Assembly: GCA_963741955.1 (NCBI GenBank) | Contig: CAVUKB010000004.1 | Span: 32,001 to 96,000 of the forward strand | From: an uncultured Acidobacteriota bacterium | GTDB lineage: Bacteria; Acidobacteriota; Thermoanaerobaculia; Gp7-AA8 | DNA length: 64,000 nucleotides | Direction: 5' to 3' | The notes under the pieces: generated by a model | Told to the model about the DNA's origin: nothing | The model's input: the letters and a program-made list of their open reading frames with translations, nothing else | The model's database searches: none | Made by a program: the position numbers and the translations under genes | Part shown: piece by piece, positions 1-9,757 of the stretch | Layout of the letters: the number at the start of each line of letters is the position of its first letter | Numbering within the stretch: position 1 is the first letter of the stretch

Positions 1-1869
1 AACGGGAAAGCCGCACCGATCGTGATGTACGCGGACGCGGGACCGCGTCAGGTCACCCGGACGCTCGAGAACGGGATCACGTCGAGCTGGGGATGGGACG
101 TGAATGCGCGCCTGGCATCGATCCGGGACATCGCGGCGCCGAGTGCGACGGGGGGCGTCAGGGCTCCCGCCCTGACGGCGCGAGCGGAGCGAGCGCAATG
201 CAGTGGGCTGAACGACTGCCGGCAGGGCCAGGCCTCCGGAAGCGCCCTGCGCGAACTCACGTACGACCGCTCACCGGCAGGAGAGAAGAACGCGGCGGTG
301 CGGGCGGACCTCGCGCGGAAGTGGAGCTACGAGCACAATCGCATCGGGGCGATCACGGCGGAGACGCTCTGGAAGACGGACACGCAGACGAATCCGATGC
401 TGCGGAGGACGGACTACGACGTCGACCCGGTGCTGAACTACCGCTCGATCACGAAGATCGTGCAGACTCCCCAGACGGCGACGACCACGGTGACCCCGAC
501 GAGCATCAACACGCGGAACCAGTACACGAGCTTCGGCGGCGAGACCCTCGGCTACGACGCGAACGGGAATCTCATCCGGACCGCGGGAGCGGTGCTCCAG
601 TACGACGCGGAGAACCATCTCGCGAAGGCGACGCTGGCTGACGGGACGACGCTCGAGAACCTTTACGACGCGAACGGGCGGAAGGTCGAGGAGGTCGTGA
701 CTCCCGCGGGTCAGACCCCGCAGACGACGGAGTACCTACTCGACGGAGACCAGGTGCTCGAGGAATACGTCGCCGGGGCGCGATCGGCGCGCTACGTCCG
801 CGGGCGCGGGATCGACGAGATCGTCCGGGCGGAGGCGGGCAGCACGACGCTCTACCCGCTCCAGGACGAGCTCGGGAACGTCGACCGTCTCACGGACGCC
901 TCGGGGGCGACGCTCGAGCGCTACGAATACGAAGGCTACGGCCGGTTCCACATCTTCGACGCTTCCTCAACCCCTCAGGCCACCTCAGAGTACGGCTGGC
1001 GCTGGCTCTTCCAGGGCCGCGAATACCTCCCCGCCCTCGACGCCTACGACTTCCGCGCGAGGACGCTCTGGGTGGAGATGGGGAGATTCGGGCAGGAGGA
1101 TCCGGAGGGGGAGGACTCGACGAATTTCTACCAAACCCTGCTCGCCGACTACGTGTGGGTCGTTGATCCTTCGGGTCGCCGAATCCTCCTCACAGGTGAA
1201 CTTCCCTCCAACGATTTGCAGCTGTTGAAATCGGCGCTGCGAAATCCTGTGGCTGCGGCGCAGCTCACGACGCACGTTGATCGCGGACACAACGCCTGGG
1301 TTGCATTCAAGACCTCGTCACATTCCTTCATCACCAGTGGCCTTCCGGATCCCCCGTCGTTGAAGATCGGCCTTGCCCGGCAGGAGATCCAACGACCGAC
1401 GGACTCACGGACAATCGAGGAAAAGATCGCTGCTCTTGTCGAGAGCCGGGAGATCGTCGAGTACAAACGCGCTAATAGTGCCACCCGCCTCAGCAACAAT
1501 GACGACTGGCCATTAAACTACTTCAAGCGCACTTTCGAGGAGCCCGTCGCATCACCTTTGAGCGGACACGGGGGCGCTATGACCTTGAAGACTGACGAGG
1601 CGGCGTCGGGTCATGTCACAGTTGTGGTGTCACCGGGCAGTCTTTCTACAGGTTGGGCGACGTTAGCTTTTCACATCGACTACGATCACGAACTCGCTGT
1701 GGTGCACGAGTTCGGCCACGCCCTGGCCGCCATTGAACGTAAGGATCGCTATTACAACGTCTGGAGCGTCGAGATCGAAAACCAACTTAGAGCGCGGCGT
1801 GGCGAAAAGGTCTTTCGGCCTCGCGAGTTGCCGATGAACGGCGCAGGTCGTTTGGGGGAGGAGCCGTGA
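1..1869 (+). CDS. RHS repeat-associated core protein, 3' part (runs off window start), with C-terminal HExxH metallopeptidase-like toxin domain
   Basis: YD repeats (YDANGN, YDAENH), core motif WRWLFQGREY..YDFRAR..GRFGQEDPEG..VDPSG, then a lower-GC C-terminus with HEFGH (1705-1719) and ENQLR. Confidence 0.9.
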   Translation, partial: NGKAAPIVMYADAGPRQVTRTLENGITSSWGWDVNARLASIRDIAAPSATGGVRAPALTARAERAQCSGLNDCRQGQASGSALRELTYDRSPAGEKNAAVRADLARKWSYEHNRIGAITAETLWKTDTQTNPMLRRTDYDVDPVLNYRSITKIVQTPQTATTTVTPTSINTRNQYTSFGGETLGYDANGNLIRTAGAVLQYDAENHLAKATLADGTTLENLYDANGRKVEEVVTPAGQTPQTTEYLLDGDQVLEEYVAGARSARYVRGRGIDEIVRAEAGSTTLYPLQDELGNVDRLTDASGATLERYEYEGYGRFHIFDASSTPQATSEYGWRWLFQGREYLPALDAYDFRARTLWVEMGRFGQEDPEGEDSTNFYQTLLADYVWVVDPSGRRILLTGELPSNDLQLLKSALRNPVAAAQLTTHVDRGHNAWVAFKTSSHSFITSGLPDPPSLKIGLARQEIQRPTDSRTIEEKIAALVESREIVEYKRANSATRLSNNDDWPLNYFKRTFEEPVASPLSGHGGAMTLKTDEAASGHVTVVVSPGSLSTGWATLAFHIDYDHELAVVHEFGHALAAIERKDRYYNVWSVEIENQLRARRGEKVFRPRELPMNGAGRLGEEP

Positions 1870-2561
1870 GCGGTGCGACTTTCGCTAAGGCTATTCCCGC
1901 ATTCCTGATCGTATGCTGTTCGCTTTCGTTGGGAGTTAGCGACCGCCCGGTGTTGGTTGCCGTTGTCTTCGGCTTCGGCTGCGCGGCGGCGCTTGTAGGA
2001 CGCGGGTGGCCGCGCGTTTCAAGGATGCAGCTACTGACGCTGGTGAATGTGGCCGGCTTCGCGTTGGTCGGTGGCACAGTTATCGGGGGTTCGGCGACTG
2101 AGGCACCGGTCACCTTAGATCCAAGAGCTGCCGTGGTATTGGCGCTGTCATTTGTGGTGACGCTCGTGTCCGGGGAAGTATTCGCAATTTCCTGGGTAAC
2201 GTCGGCGGCAGTCCTGTGGTATTACGCTCCGATTGCCGATTCGCTCGTGTTCGGACGAGGACCAATCATTTACGCTGTCACGCTGATGTTGCCTTCGGGC
2301 GTGCTGCTGGCGGGTCGGCGGGCGCGCCGTCGGGAACTGCTCGCGCTCGTTGTGCTGGTGTGCCCACTCGCGATGACTGTTACCGTGTGGTTGCTCGGAC
2401 TCGCTTTCCTTCATGATTTGTCGATGGCTCAACCGTGGCTGTCCGGACATCTGTTGCCGCTCATTACCGGGCCGGCGACGATCGGAGTGATTCCGGCCGT
2501 CGTACGAATCCTGCGTTCAGACGAGGCTCAACGTCTGGAGCCGAATGAGAACGTGGCGTAG
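1866..2561 (+). CDS. Multi-pass membrane protein, putative immunity protein
   Basis: GTGA overlap with the RHS stop; 231 aa, mostly hydrophobic segments; lower GC; immunity role inferred from position only. Confidence 0.65.
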   Translation: MSGATFAKAIPAFLIVCCSLSLGVSDRPVLVAVVFGFGCAAALVGRGWPRVSRMQLLTLVNVAGFALVGGTVIGGSATEAPVTLDPRAAVVLALSFVVTLVSGEVFAISWVTSAAVLWYYAPIADSLVFGRGPIIYAVTLMLPSGVLLAGRRARRRELLALVVLVCPLAMTVTVWLLGLAFLHDLSMAQPWLSGHLLPLITGPATIGVIPAVVRILRSDEAQRLEPNENVA

Positions 2562-2564
2562 GCC

Positions 2565-4517
2565 GTGACCTTCACGTTCATCCGATCGATTCGGGAATCG
2601 CGCTCGTTGTTAGAGAAGCGTCCGCACCGAGCGGCGGGCACCTGCCTCAGGTGCTTCGAGTACGACCCGCAGAACCGGCTGGGGATGTCGATCGACATGA
2701 GTGATCCGGATCGGCTGCTCATCACCACCTTCCAGTACGACACGCGCGGTCATCTGACGAAGAAGACGGACCCGGAGGGGCGGGAGACGAAGAGCGAGTA
2801 TGATCTCCGAGGGAACCGCGTCAAGGAAACGGACGCGGAGGGAGCGGTCACGACGTACACGTACGACGACGCGGACCGTCTGGAGACGCTCGAAGACGCC
2901 CGAGGAAATGTGACGACGTACCACTACGACGAGCACGGGAACCTGTTCGAGGAGATCCGTGCGGACGGCGCGACGTGGCACTGGACGTACGATCCGATGG
3001 ACGAGGTCGAGACGACGACGGACGCGAACGGGACGGTCACGACGTACGGCTACGACGATGCGGGACGGCTGCGCTCGAAGACGATGGCCGGAGCGCCCAA
3101 TGTTCTCGGGCCGTCGGCGATCACGTATACCGTGGACGACCTCGGGCGAGTGACCGGAACGAAGACGAGCGAGGGTGTGAAGACCACGGCGACATTCGAC
3201 TCGCTCGATCGCGAGCTGACGGAGTCGCAGCAGATCGGAGAGGGTCCGGTGCGGACGGTGACGCATGCGTTCGATCCGACCGGAAACCTCACGGGCGTCA
3301 CGTACCCCTCGGGGCTCGCGCTCACGCGCACGATCGATCCGCTGGGGCGGATCGCCGCGATCACGGAAAGCGGGAAATCCGCGCCGATCGTGATGTACGC
3401 GGACGCGGGACCGCGGCAGGTGACCCGGACGCTCGAGAACGGGATCACCTCGAGCTGGGGATGGGACGTGAACGCGCGGCTGGCTTCGATCCGGGACATC
3501 GCGGCGCCGAGTGCGACGGGGCGCGTCAGGGCTCCCGCCCTGACGGCGCGAGCGGAGCGAGCGCAATGCAGTGGACTGAACGACTGCCGGAAGGGCCAGG
3601 CCTCCGGAAGCGCCCTGCGGGACCTCACGTACGACCGCTCACCGGCAGGAGAGAAGAACGCGGCGGTGCGGGCGGACCTCGCGCGGAAGTGGAGCTACGA
3701 GCACAATCGCATCGGGGCGATCACGGCGGAGACGCTCTGGAAGACGGACACGCAGACGAATCCGATGCTGCGGAGGACGAGCTACGACGTCGACCCGGTG
3801 CTGAACTACCGCTCGATCACGAAGATCGTGCAGACTCCCCAGACGGCGACGACCACGGTGACCCCGACGAGCATCAACACGCGGAACCAGTACACGAGCT
3901 TCGGCGGCGAGACCCTCGGCTACGACGCGAACGGGAACCTCATCCGGACCGCGGGAGCGGTGCTTCAGTACGACGCGGAGAACCATCTCGCGAAGGCGAC
4001 GCTGGCCGACGGGACGACGCTGGAGAACCTTTACGACGCGAACGGGCGGAAGGTCGAGGAGGTCGTGACTCCCGCGGGACAGACCCCGCAGACGACGGAA
4101 TACGTCCTGGACGGGGACGAGGTGCTCGAGGAGTACGTCGCGGGAACGCGCTCGGCGCGCTACGTCCGCGGGCGCGGCATCGACGAGATCGTCCGCGCGG
4201 AGACCGCGAGCACGACGCTCTACCCTCTCCAGGACGAGCTCGGGAACGTCGACCGCCTCACAGACGCCTCGGGGGCGACGCTCGAGCGCTACGAATACGA
4301 AGGCTACGGCCGGTTCCACATCTTCGACGCTTCCTCCACCCCTCGGGCCACCTCAGAGTACGGCTGGCGCTGGCTCTTCCAGGGCCGCGAATACCTCCCG
4401 GCTCTCGACGCCTACGACTTCCGGGCCAGGACGCTCTGGGTGGAGATGGGACGGTTCGGGCAGGAGGATCCGGAGGGAGAGATCGGCATGGGCTACGCAT
4501 GCGGCGCTTTGTGGTAA
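2565..4517 (+). pseudogene. Orphan RHS module (YD repeats plus core), 5'-truncated, frameshifted at the core/toxin junction
   Basis: RHS-like sequence from ~2656 (FEYDPQNRL); ~3370-4481 near-identical to ~1-1113 (offset 3368); frame stops after DPEGEIGMGYA while the DPTGL motif is in the +1 frame. Confidence 0.8.
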
Positions 4518-6231
4518 CTATTTGTCAAACGCAGATCCCACCGGGCTCTGGACGGTAAAGGATTCAGAATTCGCGGGCCTGCCGGCGTTCGATTTGGCTT
4601 TCGAGGAAGCTCGTCGGGTTTATCAGGACAGCAATCTCGGACCGTTCTACAGGTCGATCAATCCGGCGTTCTCCCAAGCGTTCTTGAAGGTCGGAACGCC
4701 ACCTAATATATATTCGCTAGGAGACGACTACAGTAGGTTAGCCACGGCCGGGTGGCCTGGAAAACCCGAGGGTGTGTACGTCTCTCGCGTTCTGGCGTTT
4801 CGCGCGAGCTTGGGTGGCACACCTCTGGCTGGACTAGCAGAAACGCTCCTTCATGAACAGGCTCACTACGAGAATGCCGCGAGTTCTGAGAAACGGCGGG
4901 ATTCAGACGATGATTGGTCACCGGGTCCGAATGGTGGCTATTTCCCGGATATCGCATCTCGTCCCGCCTCACCTGATCGATCGCATTCCCGAGGAGTTGG
5001 ACCACGTGGAACCGATCGAAAACGACCTCGGCGTTCGGCAGTCGGTCGCGAACAGCTTTCTCGAAGGCCGCGCTCATGTCGATGCTCACCAGACGGATTC
5101 GCGCGCAGCGCTCGGGGCCGAGCAGATCGAACAGCCCGTCGAGAACCTCTGCACTTTTACCCTTCGCCGCCCAGATCATCTGCCCGGTCTCGTGGTTCGT
5201 GACCACGGTCATGAACTTCTTCGGCCGCCCCCAGCAGATCTCGTCGATGCCGATCCGGGTCAGATTCTCGAGCGCGTTCGGGTCGCGTTTTTCGGCAACC
5301 ACTCGAGCGGCGATCCGTCCGGCCGTGAGCCAGCTGACCTTGAAGTACGCCGAGACCGCGGTTTGATTGGATCGCTGCAGAAACCAGGCAAGCTCGTCTT
5401 CGAACGCGCGGGTGAACATCGAACCAGGCCGTGCCCACGGAACCGCGGCCGTTCGCACCCCGCAGCGGCGGCAACGCACCCGCGGCAGATCCGCCCGCAG
5501 CATCACCCGGCATCCCCAGAGGCCGAGATGACGCCATTCGCGATGCTTCATCACCGTTCCGTGAAGCTCGGGAGCAACCCGTCCGCACCCTCCGCACCGC
5601 GGACGTCTCCACGTTGGACTCACGTCGAGATAGAGACTCCGAGCTTCGAACCGAACCCCGCGAACCGTTACGTTTGCCATGTTGAGCAACTTCCGGAACA
5701 ATGTCGTCAGGCGCACCGTGCCTGTCCTCCCCGTGTCTTGGTTTCATCGACTACAGACTACGGGAAATGGGCAGCACGGTTCGCCGATTCCAACCTGCTA
5801 TCGCTGCTTCGATCTTCACCTCTCCACGAGCAGCGACTTTCGGGGCTCCTTCAGATCCTTCCGCGACGGCGGGGCAAGTTGTGGGAACGGCGGAAAACGC
5901 GGCGGCCGGGTGGCGGCGTTTTCCGCGGTTTCCACAACTTCGCTTTCCGAACGCTTCGGCGAATATTTTTGAGCTGGGAAACATCCTTGAGAGTTACATG
6001 ACCGACGGCGCTGTGGTCAAGTACGAGTACGACCATGATGCGTTCGTCATTTGGGATTTCAATGCCGGAACGAAGAGCGTCGAAAGGCAAAAGGCGACGA
6101 TTCGCCGTTCAGATAGAGTCGTTAGGAAGCTATTTGGATCCATTGAGACACTCGGGAAGGTCCATGATCGCGGGAAGGGAGTCGACTACTACATCATTCC
6201 GGAAACAGGAAAGCGCGGTGACAAGCGATGA
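4501..6231 (+). pseudogene. Second RHS C-terminal toxin (HEQAH zincin-like), interrupted by an ISL3 fragment
   Basis: NYLSNADPTGL...LLHEQAH (4852-4866)...GYFPDI, insertion, then same-frame IFELGNILESY...DKR stop at 6231 overlapping the next ATG. Confidence 0.75.
4952..5963 (-). mobile_element. Internal fragment of ISL3 (no terminal IRs; transposase 3'-truncated)
   Basis: Matches 21252-22263 (offset 16300; one mismatch noticed at 5012); transposase from 5716 breaks after QVRRDEMR. Confidence 0.9.
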
Positions 6232-7070
6232 AGAAGTGGATGCCGCGTGTAGCGGTCGTGGTATTCGTAGCCTTCTCTTCGGCGAATGCCGTCTGGCCGC
6301 AGGTTACCGGCGAGGCGGTTCTTGTGTGGAGCCTGCCGGGCCCAATATTCTTCGAAGCGAATAGTAGTCAGCTCTCAACCGATGGCAAAGAGGCGCTTAA
6401 GGTTTGGGCCTGGCGATATGCCATCGAGAACAGAGCGGTGCGCCTCGTATTGACCGGTCACGCTGATCTGGATGCAGCGGGAGCGGTATACAACGAAGCT
6501 CTTGCCCGAAGGCGAGCTCGTTCCGCAAGGCATTATCTTGAACATGTCGGCCTCGCGGCGGACCAGTTGATCGTTGAAGGCAAAGTCGATGTCATCAAAG
6601 AATGCTTGCCGGGAGATGCAAATTGCCGACGAAAAGCCCGCCGAGTCGACATCCACCCTGAGATTCACGGGGTGGCGGTCCTGACCCCCGTCCCGGTGGG
6701 ACATCTCGTGAGGTCTCATCTCGTCATCCGAATCGAAAGCGACTCGCAGGTTCTCCGCGCTCATTTCGAGATCAAGGCCGTCGACCGCGAACACACCACA
6801 TTCACAGTTACTCGTGCGATACGGCCCGACTCACCGGGCGTGGTCGCTCAACCGGGAGGCATCGACGTGGAAGATGTCGCGGAGCTGTTGGGACTAAAAG
6901 AAGGAAGCTACCGCATTCTGATCTCTGCAGCCGACGGCTCGTATTTCTGGCCCCAACTCGGTGTCGTCGACGTACAGTCGGGCGATCTGCTCCAACTCCG
7001 AACTCCAGGCGGATGCGTTGAATTCGACCGGGAAAACGACGGAATTCGTCCGTGCGATCGACGGAACTAA
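6228..7070 (+). CDS. Secreted OmpA-like (peptidoglycan-binding) domain protein
   Basis: Signal peptide; IFFEANSSQL, LTGHAD, YNEALARRRA, ARRVDI motifs. Confidence 0.85.
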   Translation: MKKWMPRVAVVVFVAFSSANAVWPQVTGEAVLVWSLPGPIFFEANSSQLSTDGKEALKVWAWRYAIENRAVRLVLTGHADLDAAGAVYNEALARRRARSARHYLEHVGLAADQLIVEGKVDVIKECLPGDANCRRKARRVDIHPEIHGVAVLTPVPVGHLVRSHLVIRIESDSQVLRAHFEIKAVDREHTTFTVTRAIRPDSPGVVAQPGGIDVEDVAELLGLKEGSYRILISAADGSYFWPQLGVVDVQSGDLLQLRTPGGCVEFDRENDGIRPCDRRN

Positions 7071-7158
7071 ATCTCCAGAGTGGATAGGGCCGACGGCATG
7101 AAAGGAGCCAGGACGTCGCGCGTCGCTTGCAGTAAGTTGCTGGAATATGGAAAAGGCG

Positions 7159-7206
7159 GCGAAGATCGGGGCCAGCGAAGATCGGGGCCAGCGAAGATCG
7201 GGGCCA
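7159..7206. repeat. Tandem 16-bp repeat x3 (GCGAAGATCGGGGCCA)
   Basis: Three exact consecutive copies. Confidence 0.9.
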
Positions 7207-7488
7207 GGCCTTCGATTCTCGCTTGCACGTGTAAGCGACTCCAGGGTCTGTAGTTAGCGAGACGGTGACTTTGACTCTGAACGGAGAAAGCGGGGTGAGG
7301 TGCGTCGCTTCTCGGTTGATTCGTCAGATGCTCGATCGAATGCGACGTAGTGGGCAGGTGTTCATGGCGATCGGAACGGATTCGGCCTCCGTCGCGTGGC
7401 GAAACCTGGACCGGGCGTCACTTGGAACAAGGCTCCGTCACGGCGAATCGTGAGGAATGATCAGTTTTCAGGGAAGTCGTGCGTCGCC

Positions 7489-7880
7489 TCAGAACGGCGC
7501 CGGGCCCGGTGCGTCGCGGATGATGTGTGGCACCAGGAGCATCGGCCAGATCGGAACGGCGCGGGGAGGCGCGGCATCTGAGTTGCCCGCGAGGAGCGAC
7601 GCGAGGCTACGGTCGGCGAGATCGCGGAGAAGCCGGTCGTTCACGAGCTCGCGCTCGCAGCGGGCGATGAGGTTCGAGACGTGGCCGGTGCTGCCGAGGC
7701 GCAAGAGGGCCGCGATCGGGCGGAGCTGCTCGGCGCTCTCGTAGCGGCCGAGCCACGCGGTCAGCGGGTGAGGAACATCAGGCGATCCGCATCGCATCGG
7801 AAGATCGGCTTGCGTTCGTTCCCGCGGGAGGTCACGTGGAAGACCGCGCCGGGGAACTCGAGGCGAAGTGGTCGTGCCAT
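7489..7880 (-). pseudogene. REP-associated/IS200-like Y1 transposase remnant with internal deletion
   Basis: N-terminus MARPLRLEFPGAVFHVTSRGNERKPIF is typical of RAYT-like proteins; stop after 39 aa; HTH-like C-terminal piece (IAALLRLGSTGHVSNLIAR) in another frame; HUH/Tyr core absent. Confidence 0.75.
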
Positions 7881-8160
7881 GCAATCGAGAGTACCTCGGA
7901 TTTTCCGAAATACCGAGGGTTCTACTCCTCGTGGAATCGGCGCCGACTCCCCAGGTCCTGATCGCAGGTGCAAGTCGGCGATCCGGCAGCGGCTGTCGTA
8001 GAATATCGTGCAGCAAACGAAGCGGCGAAGTAGCGCCGTGACAAAGAGTTAGGGGAGAGGACCGACAGGCGAAGCCCTGACCCCAAAGTTCCAGACTCCA
8101 TTGAAGGTTCGCCTGGAACCGGAATCTACACAACCCATTGATTTACCTTTAGCCGTGAAA

Positions 8161-8187
8161 CTAAAATAGCAGTCGTCCTTGTTTTAG
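8161..8187. promoter_or_regulatory. AT-rich imperfect palindrome upstream of fic (possible autoregulatory operator)
   Basis: CTAAAA-N15-TTTTAG ending 11 bp before the ATG. Confidence 0.35.
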
Positions 8188-8198
8188 GTTGCTGCCGC

Positions 8199-9365
8199 AT
8201 GCAGAGAACACCACCAGGTACATACGCCGAGGTTGCCACGGCCGGCGAGCGGTTCCGGGCGTTCGTGCCGGCGCCGCTGCCACCCGACCCGCCGATCGTC
8301 TGGTCGCCTACGCTGCGGCGCTGCTTCGACGACGCGCTCGTGGCGCTGGGCCGGCTGGATGCGCTGTCGGCGCACCTGCCCAACGCATCCCTCCTGCTCT
8401 ACAGCTACGTGCGCAAGGAGGCGGTGCTCTCCTCGCAGATCGAAGGCACCCAGTCCTCCCTGGCGGACCTGCTCCTCTACGAGATCGATGAGCAGCCCGG
8501 CGTGCCGGTGGAGGATGCGCGCGAGGTGAGCCGCTGCGTAGCGGCGCTCGAGCACGGCCTGAAGGCTTTGCGAAGCGGTCTGCCGCTGTCGATGCGCCTG
8601 CTGTCCGGCATGCACGAGGTGTTGCTGTCCCATCCCGGCGGACACGGGAAGACGCCGGGCGAGGTGCGGCGCTCGCAGGTCTGGATCGGCGGCACACGGC
8701 CGGGCAATGCCGCGTTTGTGCCGCCGCCCCCGCATGCGCTGGCGGACTGCCTGACGCCGTTCGAGCACTTCCTGAACGACCAGCCGGAACCGACACCGCC
8801 GCTGATCAAAGCGGCGCTGGCGCACGTGCAGTTCGAGACCATCCACCCCTTCCTCGACGGCAACGGCCGCCTTGGGCGGCTCCTGATCGTGCTGCAACTG
8901 GTCGCGGGTGGCGTACTGCGTGAGCCGATGCTGTACCCCAGCCTCTACTTCAAGACCCACCGCGCGCTGTACTACGAGTTGCTGAACGAGGTCCGGCTGC
9001 ACGGCGAGTGGGAACGCTGGCTCGACTTTTTCGCCGAGGGGGTGCAGACGAGCGCCTCGCAGGCGGTGGCCACGGCCAATACGCTGCTCGCCCTCGTCAA
9101 CGCCGACCGCGACCGCATCACAAGCCTGGGTCGCGCGGCCACCTCGGCGCTGGCGGTGCACCAGGCCCTGCAGCAGCAGCCGATCACGACCTCGGCGGCG
9201 TTGGTCAAGGCCACGGAACTGACCGCGGCGACGGTCAACAAGTCGCTGGTTCATCTGGAACGCCTCGGGGTCGTCGCCGAGCTGACCAACCGGCAGCGCG
9301 GCCGCGTGTTCGCGTACCGGCGCTATGTCGACGAGCTGGCGGCAGAGCTGGAGGAGACCGCATGA
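8199..9365 (+). CDS. fic: Fic family protein (Fic_N + Fic + C-terminal HTH)
   Basis: EAVLSSQIEGT and catalytic HPFLDGNGRLGR motifs. Confidence 0.95.
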   Translation: MQRTPPGTYAEVATAGERFRAFVPAPLPPDPPIVWSPTLRRCFDDALVALGRLDALSAHLPNASLLLYSYVRKEAVLSSQIEGTQSSLADLLLYEIDEQPGVPVEDAREVSRCVAALEHGLKALRSGLPLSMRLLSGMHEVLLSHPGGHGKTPGEVRRSQVWIGGTRPGNAAFVPPPPHALADCLTPFEHFLNDQPEPTPPLIKAALAHVQFETIHPFLDGNGRLGRLLIVLQLVAGGVLREPMLYPSLYFKTHRALYYELLNEVRLHGEWERWLDFFAEGVQTSASQAVATANTLLALVNADRDRITSLGRAATSALAVHQALQQQPITTSAALVKATELTAATVNKSLVHLERLGVVAELTNRQRGRVFAYRRYVDELAAELEETA

Positions 9366-9757
9366 GCCAGTTCGTCTCGAGCGGCGCGCTGGTTCCCGGA
9401 AGCCGGCCCTGCGGATTGCAACCGGGAGGACGTGGAGGAATGATCGCAATCACGAACAACCAATTGCGATTCTGCAACATGCTTATGTGCAAGCGTTTGT
9501 GCGTTGCACGGACTGCAACTGACGCCCCATTTGGTTGCAATCCCGAAGCAATGCCGCCGCAATCGACGGCATCCTCGGAAGGGAGCCGCAAGCCTGTGAG
9601 CCAGTTCGATTTCCTTCAGCGCGAGTGGTCCGTGAAGCGAAGAGCGGGGGTCAGGCCTGCTTAGGTCGGACAACGCCGGAAGTTCTTACCTTCACAAGAC
9701 TTCTCGTTCAAGCTTCTTCTCCTGAACGGCTCTGATCCGCACGCTGAAGCCTTCGCC

